64,000 nt of DNA from Paraspadella gotoi (GCA_051294375.1 CM119265.1:9496339-9560338); one strand, 5' to 3'. Positions 1 to 14,500 are shown, numbered from the stretch's first letter. Notes: generated by a model from the sequence alone, not told the origin. Translations and numbers: made by a program.

Positions 1-57
1 AAGAAAGAAAGAAAGAGAGAAAAAAAATAAACAAAGAAATTGAGAAAATAAAAAAAT

Positions 58-58
<1 letters not shown>

Positions 59-137
<79 letters not shown>

Positions 138-138
138 A
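59..138. repeat. (AAAG)n microsatellite
   Basis: Perfect tetranucleotide tandem run. Confidence 0.97.
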
Positions 139-162
139 ATAATTTTGAAGTGATCCTCTTAG

Positions 163-3100
163 TGGCAACGCCCCCTGCGTGACTGGCTACGCGGCCAAGA
201 AAGAAGGTCTTGGAATCGGCGGACCCAATCAGATCCTGGTCACTGGATCTGGCAAAGAGGATCAGGCCAAATTGCTCGATGTCCAGGCAGCCAACGGTGG
301 CGCCGTCATTTCTCAGGTGGGAGTTGAAAAAAATTACAAAAATAGTATACTTAAAAATAATATTTTTGTATTTATTTTAATACTAAAAATTCTCTAAATC
401 TATTGAAGGTGCAACAGTATACGGATAACTTTGTGTTGCAGTAATTTGGCCCATTTTCGCGCTGCTTAGATGCGTCTCGTTAAGCGAACATTGTTTGTTC
501 GTATTTTCATGAGTCGCGAACGCTTTAACTGTCAATCTACTAACCAAGAATTTGGTTTTTAATGTATTAAGTTCTCAATATTTATTTAACACTTTTAGTA
601 TTATTTTGGCGGCGATAACGACGAATTATTGAAATGGAATTTGAATATGAATATTTGTTCATAAACATTCGTACCCAAAATCGTTATTATCGCCCCAAAC
701 ATTTATTCAATTCACACTTAGTGATCTTTAATTTATTTCCCTTTTGTTTTTTTTCCACGACTTTTTTTTTGAAAACAAACAAACAAACATTTTATCTTTC
801 GTTCCTTCGCCATTTTTTTCGTCTTAGACGAGAAACGTGGAGAACGTAAACGTTTACAACGAGACGAACGTTAATATAAGTAACATAAAGAAAACCAACG
901 TAAACATTGAGGAACAGGAATTGATTCAGGTACAACTTTAGTTATTTCTCGCGCTCCTCATATAAATATTAAAAATCGGATTTTCTTTTTTTCACTTTAG
1001 TTTGATAGAATNNNNNNNNNNNNNNNNNNNNNNNNNNNNNNNNNNNNNNNNNNNNNNNNNNNNNNNNNNNNNNNNNNNNNNNNNNNNNNNNNNNNNNNNN
1101 NNNNNNNNNNNNNNNNNNNNNNNNNNNNNNNNNNNNNNNNNNNNNNNNNNNNNNNNNNNNNNNNNNNNNNNNNNNNNNNNNNNNNNNNNNNNNNNNNNNN
1201 NNNNNNNNNNNNNNNNNNNNNNNNNNNNNNNNNNNNNNNNNNNNNNNNNNNNNNNNNNNNNNNNNNNNNNNNNNNNNNNNNNNNNNNNNNNNNNNNNNNN
1301 NNNNNNNNNNNNNNNNNNNNNNNNNNNNNNNNNNNNNNNNNNNNNNNNNNNNNNNNNNNNNNNNNNNNNNNNNNNNNNNNNNNNNNNNNNNNNNNNNNNN
1401 NNNNNNNNNNNNNNNNNNNNNNNNNNNNNNNNNNNNNNNNNNNNNNNNNNNNNNNNNNNNNNNNNNNNNNNNNNNNNNNNNNNNNNNNNNNNNNNNNNNN
1501 NNNNNNNNNNNNNNNNNNNNNNNNNNNNNNNNNNNNNNNNNNNNNNNNNNNNNNNNNNNNNNNNNNNNNNNNNNNNNNNNNNNNNNNNNNNNNNNNNNNN
1601 NNNNNNNNNNNNNNNNNNNNNNNNNNNNNNNNNNNNNNNNNNNNNNNNNNNNNNNNNNNNNNNNNNNNNNNNNNNNNNNNNNNNNNNNNNNNNNNNNNNN
1701 NNNNNNNNNNNNNNNCCTAAATTCACTATCTCATGATAATCTTAACAGTTGGGACTCTCTATATTCTTAACTAATGCTTTAACTTAAAGCTTAAGTGAGA
1801 GAAAGAAGAATAAGAAAATGAAAAGAATTTTCGTCTTTGGGAGTTTTCGTCTCAAATTCTTGCTTCTCTCTTTGCAATGAGTTGGGATTAATTCACTGCA
1901 AGAATTCGCTTGTTATTTTTTTTTTTATTGTCTTCTTGATTATAATTTATCTTCTTTCTTTCTTTTCTTTCTTTTCTTTCTTTTCTTTCTTTTCTTTCTT
2001 TTCTTTCTTTTCTTTCTATGTTTCTTACTTTCTTTCTTTTTTTTTCTTTTTCTTTCTTTTTCTTCCTTTTTCTTCCTTTCCTTTTCTTTCTTTCTTTTTC
2101 TTTCTTTCTTTCCTATTTTTCATGTTTTCTTTCTTCGTATTTCTCTCTTTCTCTCGCACGGATTGTCAAAGTACATCTCCTAATAATTATCAGTTCTCCC
2201 GCAATATTTTTCACTGAAATCGATTTCCTTCTCCCGTTTTCACTAAAGATCAGTTCACATTCGATGAGTCAATCGAATCACACGACGTCGTCGACTGTTT
2301 CGTCGACTTCTCATTCAGCTTCGACGAAACAGAGTTTCTTCAGTGAATCGTCGTCGTCGTCGTCGTCGTCGTCGACCGTGACGAAGGCCGTGAAGAAAGA
2401 GAAGCATCTCATGGAGAGCATCATGGACGAAATGATTCAGGTCCATTTTGCAATGCCACGTCCGTCACGTGCGGTCGCACTGACGCGTCACCGGTCACGC
2501 ACGACGTCGTCACATGTGTTTCTGTGGTCACTCCTCACAGGACGGCGGCCATTTTTGGATAATGGCCTCGTCGGGACTAATTGATCCAAGTGCCAAGCAT
2601 TTATTTCGGCAAACGTCGAAGGGAAAATGACACATTACAAAATTGTTTACACATATTGATTATTGACTGTATATTGAAAGAAAATGACCCTTTGTCCCTT
2701 TCAAATGGTCATTTTGGAGGGAAAAATTTGCCTTTTTCGTCTGGTTTAGCCATTAAGTCTGTTCTGTGTCCTACCTAGGTCATTCTAAATGTGAAAGATT
2801 TCATCCGAAGTACACTGTAGTATATAGTTCATGAACTTTGCGGGTAGTTTTCCTTCATAACATTTCTTTGCCTTGCTTTCTTTAAATATACTGCGGAAAA
2901 GCACGTTGCGTTGAAAATTTGTTAATACAAGTATTGATAAATAATGTTAAAAATATTAGCAGGCAGGAAAATCTCCTTAAAAACGGAATCGACCAACCAA
3001 CTGCTTGCAAGACGAATTTTGAATTGTTGATCTGGGAAGAAGAAGAGCTGGCAAAGTCAAGGTTCAATTGAATGGCATTAAATATTAAATGAAAGTAATT

Positions 3101-6100
3101 GCTTCAGACAGCGGCAAGTGTCTCATTTCATTAATCCCCGTCCCTTACTTTTTCGAACCCAAATGTTATACGAAGCTGAAATGTTAAGGAAACAGTCGTC
3201 TAGATCGATGGAACCAAAAAGGTCACCAACTCCAACTCTAGTCCTCCTCTGTCCTCAAAATCTCAGGTTCTAAATACTCCGGGTCACTTTAGCTTTTAAC
3301 TGGGTCCTTTACTTAATGCATAGTAGACTAACGGGTCATCAAATATGTCATTTGGTCATTTGGTCACTTCATTGATGCAGTAATATATCTTTCTAACACG
3401 ATGGGGATTGTTACAAAGAGTCTGATTTGGGGCAGACGAAGTAACTGTAATTCAGAGCTGTCTTTTCATCAGTCTGTTGGCGCGAAACGTTTTGACATGC
3501 ATAATATCTATTTCTAAATATGGGAAAACTGCTTTCACTTCGTAGATTCGAGAGTTGTTGCATGCTACTGTAGGTGGAATTAGTTTAGGGGAATCAATCA
3601 CGAGGTAAGTTTTGAAGTTGGGACGAATTCTCATTGGGATGTTTCACCTTGACGCGTTCACAGCCTGTTCCTGGAAGGATTTCACAAAAACCAAACTAAC
3701 TTGGATTTAATTCAACAATAAAACTTTTGATTTTAATCAATAAACAATTGTACCAAACCTACAGATTTCCTCCACGAATATCCAAGAGTCATCGAGTTTG
3801 CTACAATCGGACTTTAACATGGCCGTTCACGAAGAGGCCCAAGTTAAGGTTATAAACAGTATATTTCAGAACATAATTGTTTCATTTATCCTCTTTTATT
3901 TCATTTTTCATTCATTTTCTTCACATCAGTCGTCGAAATCGCGAAAGAAAGTTTCCTCCAAATCTTCGGCTATCACACAAAATTCTTCGGCCATCACACA
4001 GAATTCATCATCCATCAGCCAGAATTCTTTGGCCATATCGCAGAATTCCACAGCCGTGTCTCAGAATATTTCGGCCATAACTCAAAATTCTTTGGCCATT
4101 AGTCAAAATACTTTGGACATGACTCAAAATTCCTCGGCCGTTAATCAAAATACTTCAGACATAAGCCATAATTCTTCGAGCGTCTCTAAAAAATCCTCCG
4201 CAATCACTCAGTCAAATTCCGTGGCCTCAACCAATAAAATTATGGCCTCAACTCAAAATAGCTTGGCCTCAACCGAGAATTCCCTGGCCTCAACTCAAAA
4301 TTCTCTGGCCAAATCTGAGTCGGTGGCGCTGAGGTCGAAGAGAAATTCTTCCAAATCTCAGTCGAATTCTGTGGCCGCGAATCACGTGACGAACGGATAC
4401 CCGAGGAACGCCATCTATCATCACCAACAAGTACACAATTGCTCGTTGTCATTGGTATCAAAAATAGATTGGTCGCACCGCAGTAGCGTAGGGAGGGTCA
4501 TACCTATTACATAGTCACTGTGCTAGTACACTGGCAAGATATGAATATACTCCGGCACCTCGGGCGTTGCCTTTCGTCTCTTAGCAACGGATAATGACTT
4601 TTGTAAAGTCATTTTCGTTGGACATTTGTTTGAGGACCTGCATGACGGGAAAAACGGGTAAAAAAAAAATTACGGTTACCAAGAAAAGGTTTGTATTTTT
4701 GAGCCTCAGTTCGGGATTCATTTCTCGGTCGAGACATGTAGCAGAATAATTTAAATTGAAATCTTAATCTAAATTAAAATCCTAATCTAAATTAAGGTTT
4801 CGCCCCTTAATCTTAGGTCTCGTACTTCGCGTTTAGGTTTAGTTCCGCAAAAGCGCGTGAAAAACAGAGTAGATTTTAGAAAACGGCTTTTCAATTCTCA
4901 CGCTTTCGATCTGCATCGCTTGGCGGCAATTTTTCTCTTCTCTCTCCCTTCCTTCTTCTCTCTCTTCTCTCATCTCTCTCTCTCTTCTCTCTCTTCTTCT
5001 CTCTCTCTCTCTCTCTCTCCTCCAGCAACCCGCTTAAAGTTCGTGTTAATAGTAACCGTCATTGTCCATTTGTTTCGTATATTCTTCGTTTCCCCAAACT
5101 CTCGTTCCGCGGCGCTGCAGTCATCGGCGCAGCAGAACGCCGCCGGATTTGCCGGCGTCGGTATGGCCGGCGCCGGTATGGCCGGCGCGGGTTTGGCCGG
5201 CGTCAATCAAAATCTTTTATTGGGCGGCGGCGATATTGGTTCTCAGGTAAAACGCAGTAGAAAACCGAAGATGGCGCCACTTTTTTAAAACCAATCGCTT
5301 TTCTGGTGTTCTTGTTTATGTTTAATTATTTTTTTGTTCTGATTATTTCGCTTTATCTGATTGTATATGATCGAGTCAATGCCACTACGGGAAATCAATA
5401 AAAGTCTAACGCTATTTGTTTTCGCTCGATTTTTCGTGAAACTAAAAAACGGGAATAGAATAGAGACTTTCGATGATGTTTCCCCACTGCCCCCGCCACC
5501 AACACCAAACTTCATTTCCCCCCGTCACCGACCCCTTCCTCCCAATTCGTATTCCTTAGGTGGTTTGTTCCGGGCGAACCCCCCTGCTTACCCCGACCCC
5601 TTCCCCCGACTTTTTGGCGTCGGGAAGAGGGGGTTACGGCGATGGCGCGAGTAGCGTCACCAAGGTCTTTTTTAATTAAGCTTTTTTTTTTAATTTTGAT
5701 CACTGATTTTCAAGCTAATTTTCTCTCTTTAGTTTTTAGTAGAAAACAATTAGAAACTTTTTTTCCCATTATTCGGAATGTGTGCAGAGAAAAAGATTTC
5801 ATTTTCTTTGGTCCTTGAAATTCCCTTTATTCCCTAAATTTCCAAGATTCCAGATTCTTTGAAAAAATTTCGACATTTTTTTTCTTAAAGAAAATAATTG
5901 ACACCCCTCCCTTTCTCTTTCAGCAACCAAAATTTTCATTGGACAATTCTTTTAGCGTAGTAACAAGAGTTCATTAATTTTATATAAATCAATGTCGCAA
6001 AAAATTTTTCGAGATTAAAAAAACATTTCTTTACAGTTAAATGAACACTGAAAGAATTTCGAAAAATTTTTTAAACTTGAAAAAAGAAGCAATTTCCGAA

Positions 6101-7340
6101 TTGACTTCTCCTTTCTATTCGCTCAAACCCGAAAACCCGGTAAAGTCACACAGAAGCGGGACTTTTCCATATATTTTATCGGATAAACTGTCTCTCCCTG
6201 TATTCGGATTGACATGCCAAAACCCGAAAACCCTCTGCCTCGATTTAGACCATAGAATCCCAATTTTCAACCGATTTTATTTGAATTTTTTTATTTTGTT
6301 TCAAATTTTCTTTTTCGTTTCGACTAAACTTGTTACGTTTCTCCCTTCCAATTCCCACCCCAACAAAACAAAAAAACAACATGAAACAAACGAAACAACA
6401 AAAACAAAGTCGATAGAGACTCAGACTGACGACTTTGTGGGACTCGGCGCCGGTCACTCCGCGGGTCTCGGAATGGGCGCCGGACACGGTGCCGGGTACG
6501 GCGCCGGTTTGACGGCGTCGTCGCACTTATTAGGAAGCGGCGCCGGGTCGACTTATTCCGACTCGGCTCATTTTTCGACGATGACTCATCATCATCCCGC
6601 CCACTCCTCGCAGCTCACGGTCATCGTCCCCGGCGAGAATGTCAAGCAGGTCTCTTTTTTTTACCGAAAGTGGGCGTGGTCGTCCCTTCCCCCCGCTGGT
6701 GACGGCAAACGTCGGGGGCTGACGTCAAAAATGAAAAAAAATGGCAAAGTTTGAGGAAGAAATGAGTCGGGTTGTGATCGTGGGAGTTTGTGAGAGTGAG
6801 AGCGGACGATTAGCTCAGAATTCTCTTTTTTTTGGTCTAAAGTTTTGGTGTGTTAAAGATTTTTTTTTTTTACCTCGTTTTTAATTATGGTGAAAGAAAA
6901 AATGCAAAAAAGCGATCAATATCCTAAATAGGTTTCAAGATTAGTCCATGCTTAAACGCGCGTATAAAATCTTTTTTAGCCCTAAAAACTCAAAAGACGC
7001 ATGATGCTAAAATTTCAAAACAGTTTATAGATGAGCTCATCCAATTTAACGATCGCTTTTTTCATTTGGTTTGAACTGATTCCCCTTTTTATTTTTTTAA
7101 ACGTTTCCCCTTTGTTCGTTTTGTCTCTTTTTCCCTTTTTCTCCCACTTCACCTTTCCTGTGTGTAACGATCATTCCATATCCGAATCACATTCTGCCTA
7201 AAATTGACCAAAAACCGTCACCAAATTCCTTTAAATTCTTCGTTACACAGACTCGTGATTTCCAATGTCAATTCAATACCGACGTCGTTGTCGAAAGAAT
7301 CTTTACCGACGTCGAAAAAAGGTTTTTGATGGAATCATAA
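163..7340 (+). CDS. Partial multi-exon gene encoding a low-complexity Ser/Thr/Gly/Asn-rich protein; exons 163-316, 828-929, 2249-2440, 3765-3848, 3930-4430, 5121-5246, 6425-6649, possible terminal exon 7251-7340
   Basis: Each segment is bounded by AG/GT and is open in frame; from 828 onward the lengths are multiples of 3 (102, 192, 84, 501, 126, 225 nt). No recognisable domain. The 5' end is outside the window, and it may be the 5' part of the WD40 gene at 15003-21051. Confidence 0.7.
1012..1715. other. Assembly gap (N run)
   Basis: Run of N. Confidence 1.
1951..2115. repeat. Polypyrimidine (TTTTCTTTC)n / (TTTC)n simple repeat
   Basis: Tandem 9-mer and 4-mer units in an intron. Confidence 0.9.
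3960..4315 (+). repeat. Coding 21-nt (7-aa) tandem repeat, consensus S-A-I-[TS]-Q-N-S
   Basis: Translation SSAITQNSSAITQNSSSISQNSLAISQNSTAVSQNISAITQNSLAISQNTLDMTQNSSAVNQNTSDISHN...; protein periodicity is kept while codons diverge. Confidence 0.85.
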
Positions 7341-8500
7341 TTTTTAAATTGAATATTTATTCGTTAATTTTCAAAAAGAGCGGTTTACAAATCGTTTTCA
7401 AATTAATTACCGATTCTTTCCAAAACCTCTTCTGGCCGCTATCCACATCATCCACACCGATCCACAACGATCAACGCTACTCACGAAAGCGACTTCCGGT
7501 CTCTGACGTCGCGCTTCGGCGCCACCCACTATTCCACGACGATCTTGGCGCCGCCGCATTCTGGTCACGTGACTCCGTCTGCGTCGCGGTCGGCGTCGCC
7601 GGCGACGCTTTCCGGCGTCGCTGCCACCCTTTTTAACTTCGCAGACGACCCACTCGCTCTCTGTTTCGTCTCTGTCTCAGTCGTAATCGATGACGTCGCT
7701 CTCCGTCCTCGTCTCACCACCGTCGTCGACTGCAGCTCACCACCTTCAGCATGATGAGGATGCGAGATCCTTCGCGGTCTCCCAGGGCGCGATAGTCTTC
7801 TTGTCGCTCGTGATGAAAACCTGAGAGAAGAGAGAGAGAGGAGTCGCCTTTTCATTACTTCGTTGCGTCATCTTTAAAATATATATACAATTATACATGA
7901 ATTAAACGAATGATGGCGTTTTCCATCCTATACGGGTTTTTTTCTTTTGTTAACGAGCTTGTGATTAGCAAAATTTACTTCAGTAATACTAATATCCTAT
8001 TATCAGCTTTTGATGTTCGAAGCGAAACCCTCTTTCACGCACAACCTGGAAAATGTCGACCATGGTGTTGAAGGTGCAGACGAGAGATCCGAGGACAACG
8101 CCAAAGGCGGATGGTCTTGTCTTTGCTTCCGGTCACGATGAATTCGTTGTCGGGAGAGATGGCGCTGCACCACACCTCGTCGTCATGGCCCTGTCATGAG
8201 AAGAGGAAAGGTTAAAAGTCCTTCATTAGATGAACACACCCATGGTCATGATGACAAAACCAAACTTACCTTGAGACTGGTGAGTAGACGTTCACTGTCC
8301 ATGTTCCAACTTTGACGGTGGCGTCGCCACTACCGCTGACAAGGTAGCGCCCATTTTCTGAGAGCATCAGACAAGTCACCGCGCGCTGGAGAATTAAGGA
8401 ATTGGGCTTTGACTAATATGTAGTTTTAATTGTGAAATTGCTTGGAAAATGTAATCCTGATTACAGAATTCGTTTTTATTACGATACCGGTATAACATAA

Positions 8501-8572
8501 GGGGATGTAGCTCAGTGGTAGAGCGCTCGCTTCGCATGTGAGAAGTCCAGGGTTCAATCCCCTGCATCTCCA
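8501..8572 (+). tRNA. tRNA-Ala(CGC), duplicate of 20144-20215
   Basis: GGGGATG...CATCTCCA full cloverleaf, G3:U70, anticodon arm CTCGC-TT-CGC-AT-GTGAG. Confidence 0.9.
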
Positions 8573-8802
8573 GTCTTCTTTATTTTAGTACTGTTATTAT
8601 CAAAGTTGACTTATTTCTTCTTAACTTAAAAAATGAACAGTTACTTTTACATTTTTACTGCGAACGAAGCTTGTTCTATGCGAGAGTTACGGAACATAAG
8701 TGATAAATAAGTACTGATTAATAGGTATTTTTTAGTTAAAGCTTCACTGAAACATATTTGTGGATCCGCGTAAATATTAAATAAATGTTGTTAAATTTTG
8801 TT

Positions 8803-9713
8803 GGAACGCATGTAGCTCAATGTAGAGCTCTTCCTTCGCGTTCAAGAAGTTTTGGTTCAATCCCCTTTATTTCCAGAGTCCCATTTTTTAGGTATGAGTA
8901 TATATATATAAAAGTAATTAAAAAGAATATTAAGTAATTGATGGTCAAAGTATTTTTCTTTATAACGACGCATCCATGAAATATGATATGATACGAATGA
9001 TACGATATGATATGATACCGTATAACATAAGGGATGTAGCTCAGTGGTAGAGCGCTCGCTTCGCATGTGAGAAGTCCAGGTTCAATCCCCTATCTCCAGT
9101 ATTCTTTATTTTAATATGTTATTATAAGAGTTACATTATTTTATTTTTAATTAAATACTTCTTAAAGATATTTTTAGTTGAAAACTTTAATGAAAGTGAT
9201 GTTGCTCAGTGGTAGAGCGTCGCTTCGCATACGAGAAGTCCAGGGTTCAATCCCCAGTATCTCCAATTCTCCACATTATCGGTTATAATTTTTTTAACAA
9301 AAACAATGAGGAAGTTTCCGTCAAACTATACCTAATATTTCGCATTGATTTATAATCATTAAATTATATAGAATAGTAAAATAAATGAGATGAATGGGGA
9401 TGTAGCTCAGTGAAGAGCGCTCGCTTTGCATGTGAGAGGTCCCGGGTTCGAACCCCTGCATCTCCACTTCTCCGTATTAAATCGTGGTAGTTAGCCCGTA
9501 AGCTTTTGTTTCATTAATAATATTATTAACATAATATGTTAAGTAATCGAAGAAACAAATTTTCAGGGTTTATATAGATATAATTATATGTACATAACAC
9601 CTGAAAGATTTTATGACCACGCGTCGACACATCCTTGCTGTCATAGGGGATATAGCTCAGTGGTAGACGCTCGCTTCCATGCGAGAAGTCCAGGTTCGAA
9701 TCCTGTATTTCCA
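8803..9713 (+). tRNA. Five further tRNA-Ala copies or pseudocopies of the left arm (~8805-8874, ~9031-9098, ~9196-9265, 9396-9466, ~9646-9713)
   Basis: One-to-one counterparts of the right-arm copies, most with 1-bp deletions. Confidence 0.75.
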
Positions 9714-11335
9714 CCAGTCTCCATGCTCTGAATTCTTTTATTTGGATTCTGACCTGATGCGCGACGAAGGAATCGTTGTTCGGCCTCGAAGCCGTGAAGC
9801 CGCTGAGTTGACGAAGGGACCGACCCGATCGATAATTCCAAAGCTTCAACTCTCCGCTCTTGGTGCCAGTCACCGCCTCTGCAAAATGATGCAATGTTTA
9901 GGTATAATTATTTTCATGCAGGCATCACCTCGGCAAAAGTGATAAAAATCGCTGCCTCTGCGATCAAATGGCAAACGAAAATGAATTATGAACCAACGAC
10001 TCACCCGTGTTGTTAAGCAACACGGTGCAGTCAACAGTGAGCGTCCATGTAGACCATTTTAGGCTCCGTGGTTCTGTTGATGTCCTTCTCCAGGAAAAAG
10101 GTATGTAGGTGGCTTCCCCGTCTTCGTATTGGTGTATCCCACGATGGCGCAATCCTGCTGGTAATGGTTGTGGTAATTGATCAAAATGAAACTGTCTTAT
10201 TATAAAGATTCTCCAGATCCTCATTTTAGAACTACCCTTTTCCATCACAATAACCTTTAACCAACCCTCGAACATGATTGGCCCATAGAAATCCAAATCC
10301 GAACCTGATTGGGTGAGAGAGCCAAAAAGTCGACCTTGTCGCAGAAGAGGTTCGCCGATCGACACTTCACTTCTCTCCACGCCTTCATTTGGATCAGATC
10401 CCAGACTACAACGCTGAAAAAAGGAAGCGTGATTTTATCAGAAATCAGTTATTGTTATTGCATATTGACTACATGAGTAAATTGAGTAAAGTCGGTGAGC
10501 TCAATTAAAATTGGTTATTAATTAGAGATTAGTATTCAAATTAGGAGTAGATTGGCTTTGTACAAACCATACTTCAGTATCGCGCTATTTCATAATTTAT
10601 TCAAATATTAATCAATTGATCGATTGAATGGTAAATTTACAGATAGATTCTCCAAATTTCCCCACTATTTCGCCAACCTGATCTCGTTGCCATAGCGATC
10701 GCAACGCGCGAATATCGCCGAGTTTCTGTCTTTAGTCAGGATGCATTTGGAGCAAAGTTCCACCTAAGAGGCGAAAATACAAACACAATGACACGATCGT
10801 GACGAGAATATGCTCGATGAGGGCCGCGTTACCTGGGACATGGTGAGGGATCGCCGGTTCGGAAGTTCCACACTTCGAGCGCCTGGAAGAGTTGACGGTC
10901 GGCTTCGGGAGCGGAGCCTAATTACAGAAGAAGGAGGTTGTTTAATTAATCGACGTAAAAATTTCCCATGTTTTGTTTCAAAGAAAGTTTATATTATCTA
11001 AACTTTTCTTTTTTTTCGTCCTCACCTCGTGCTGCCCCCGGACTCGTAGGCATCGGATATCGACGAGGCCGACCAACAATCGCCTCCGGATGCGAGATGC
11101 AGATTGGAACATCCTTCCGTATCAGATTGCATGCTGTGTACGATTTCGCCCGTCTGAGAAAAATTTCGAAATTAATTATTATACATATTAATCGACAATT
11201 AGTGACGGTTGAAAAACGGAAAACATCCAGTTTTGTCCCAGTAATGTTAAGCGTTCGAATCCTTTGAACGAGTTAGATGTAGAAACAAACTAACTGAAAG
11301 ATTATAAGTTAAAGAAAGGCACATATTCATCGTCA

Positions 11336-11576
11336 GGGGATGTAGCTCAGTGTAGAGCGCTTCCTTTACCTGCTGGCCGATTTAACCTAATGAGTAGGTA
11401 GTTGTCTTCTATCCTAGCATGGCCACTAAGGCACCTATCACTCGCTTATATGCAAAGTTAGCATGTTTAACCACTATCCACAAAGCTCCAAGATTAAATA
11501 AGTACTGTCGAAAAAGTGATATTAACCCAGCAGCTAGTAAAGGATGAGGTCCGGGGGTCGATTCGCCGCATCTCCA
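11336..11576 (+). ncRNA. Second copy of the tRNA-Ala-shelled RNA with ~170-nt insert
   Basis: Reverse complement of 17100-17342 apart from two 1-nt deletions and two substitutions; followed by an oligo-T run. Confidence 0.7.
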
Positions 11577-14500
11577 AGTATATGTTTTTTTTTTCTCACT
11601 ATTTTTTTAAATTCAACCATTGTTTATTACTTTGTCCAGCGCAAAAAACTTCTTAACAACATGCAATATGATTTATCTCACTATTTCCTGACCTCTATGT
11701 CCCAGACTTGTGGCGGCCAGTGTCTCGATCCGGCGATGACGTATTTGTCATCCGGCTGATGATCACGCTGACGATCTGAGAATTCTCCGCGATCTCCGTT
11801 CCTTCGTTGTAGATGGAGTAGCGACCGCTGGACCGGAAGTTGTAGGACTCCTCTCGTTGGAGACCGCCAACGCCGTGTTGGCTGCGGATGGTAATAAGAA
11901 TGTAAGCTGCTTAATTTCTCTAAATTCTCGAACGCTATTGTCAAATACTCACCCTCTTCGTTGTACTGATAATTGTAGGACTCTTGTTGATAACTCTCCA
12001 TGTTCTCTTCCCTGTAATCCACCGCCGATTGCGAAGTCTGAGAGCAGCGCAGGAAATAAAACAATAAAACAAAAGATTAGATTTTAAAAAAAAACAGCTT
12101 GCGTTCTGATCTCGCGCCTTCGAGCGTGATCGGGAAAAGTTTTTTGATTCGCTAAAAGACAAAGGCTCCTCTCATCACGGAAAAACGAAAAAGTCTTTTG
12201 TGTTATTTTTGTTTTCGTGACGTCAGAGCCGTGGAAAGATCTCGAGAGCGGGTAGGGGAAAATGTTTTAGAATTTTTAATTTAAGGGAGAGACGTTGAGA
12301 AATTAAAACGAACGAATTACGACGCGGGGAACGAATTTTAAGGGGATTGAGTCCAAGGCATGAAACTATCAGCGAAGCAAACAGATTTGAGAGCAACTAC
12401 GCTCGAAAAATGAGGGAGTTGAAAATCTCCCGAACTTTAATTCGCTACGAAAGCAACGATTAAAGGAGCCACTATATTGGCTACAACAAATACTATTACG
12501 CTAGAGCTATTACTACTTTTAACACAAAAGCGGATTCGTTAGGCCAATCGAAGGGCGAATCACAAAAAAAAAGAGCGGGTAGTTTCAATGATCTAAAAAT
12601 GAAGGTTTTTTCTTTTTGTCGAAACATGAGATCTGTTGATGAATATTTACTAATATTTAAATTTTTGTCTATAGTTTCCAATTTTAGTCGCATCTTTGCG
12701 CGAAGATCGGCGAAAACAATTTTTATTCACAAGTTTTCGATCTTCCAATCACCCGAAGCAATCATTTCCGATTCTGAAGTTGCGCTTAAATATTAAGACT
12801 AATGATTGAGGGAAATTTTCGTTTTGGTTTTTTAATTCCTGATTATGATTCTCTTTTGATCCGTGTATGTGTTGTACTATTCAATAATACTGCGATTTGC
12901 GCCGATACCTCGGACATCAATACAGCGATGCCGTGAGATGGCGCTTTTCGCCTCTACCTTCTGACGCTTGTGTCCTTTTCTCACGTGAGAGTAGAGAGGA
13001 GGAGACACCTTCTCCTCTTCCCTTCCTCCTCCCGCAATCGGCTTTTCGAATCCTTCGGCGACGCCGCCGCCAATTTTCGGCGTCAAAAACGACGCCGATT
13101 CGTAGTCGCCGGCGCCGAAGTCGTCGTAGTCGTCGCCGTCGAAACCGGCGTCGATTCGTTCTCGTCTCGTCACGTTTGTCGTCGTCGTCGTCATTCTCGT
13201 CGTCGCATCCTCGTCTTCGTCGCGGCGCTGGTCGACCACTCCTCCTGCCGCTTCTGCTGCAGCAGTCTCGATTCCTGTTGCAGCGTCTCGTGCTGCTGAG
13301 ATTCCGTCGGACTTCCTTCGCCGGAGACAAACGTCTCGCTCTCGCTGGCGTCGATGCGCGTCTGGCCGCCAGAAATTAGACCGTGGCGAAGGAAGATTCG
13401 GTCGTGCCGCCAGTGCGTCCGGCGGCAGAAGAAAAGCGTTGTCGTCGACGAGGTGATTGTAGCGATCCAACACTTCGTCGCAGGGAGACGTCGACGGAGG
13501 CGGAGAGAGGCGCGCCTCGGCGGCGTCGGAGTAAGCGTCGGCAGCGCGTCAGCGGCAGCGTCGCCGGACCCGAGAGATGAGCCAAGCGGGGGCGGTGAGG
13601 TGAGGGAGAGCGAGGTAAGGTTTGCGGAGGCGATGACGTCACCTTCACCATTGGATACGACGTCTAGTGAGTGGAATTTGAGATCGAGGAAGAAATGGAA
13701 ATCCGTTAAGACTAAAAAATAGTTAAGATTTAATAGTTAATAGAAATCGATCGAAAGGGGAAAGAGATATTTATATGTTTTCAAATTCGGATTAATTTTT
13801 TGATTCGAGCAATTGGATTTAAAATTATTTTCGTTTTAATTATTTAAACTTTAAAGCAGTGCTTTTATCATGAGATTGTTAGAGATTTTGGTTTTAGAGA
13901 ATGTAATCAGTGCGAAAATTATGTTTGTGGTTTTTTTTTTCGCGAATGCATAACATTTTTAATTGACGAAAGCGGACACTTGCAATACGACATCGACAAG
14001 AAACGATTTCGAAAAGATGACAAAGCGGAACGGACAAGGCGATGGTTGACAAAGCGGTTGATGACATCGACGAAGTCGACGACACAGAACGAGTTATAAA
14101 TTAAACTTACATTAGAACGAGACAAAAAAAACGAGACTAAAGCGTTTCGCGATTAAATTCGCGTTTCATTCCGAACTCGTTAATTACGAACGGAGGAATT
14201 AAATAAATAAATAACAATAAAATTATAAAATTAATTTAGTCTTTCCAGTTTCCTCCTTTCGCGTCTACGATCTCGCGAGAGAAAATAAATTGAATTTTGT
14301 GGATGGAATTTGAATCGACTACCGCGTCGAAGTCGTCGTTAACGGCCCCGCGATGACGCGGCTGCTGCAACTGCCGCAGCTTTCCTGCTGCTGCCGATGC
14401 TGCAGATTCTCCTCGAACTTTTCCTTGTCGAAGGAGAAGTGAGAAGCCAAGCGGAAGGGGATTCGGATCGGAAGTCATCGACGGCCGTGCGGAGGAGGGT

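Larger units (their letters stand above)
7613..13919 (-). repeat. Left arm of a ~6.3 kb inverted duplication (reverse complement of 14752-~21116); indel-rich copy of the WD40 gene and tRNA cluster
   Basis: Near-identity seen at both ends and at every exon and tRNA compared; differences are mostly single-base deletions in this copy. Confidence 0.95.

Noticed and set aside
992-1736. 244-aa ORFs in the ORF track
   Set aside because: They consist of N-gap translation only.
2600-3700. Possible nested gene or transposon remnant in an intron (short minus-strand frames)
   Set aside because: No consistent exon chain or recognisable motif.
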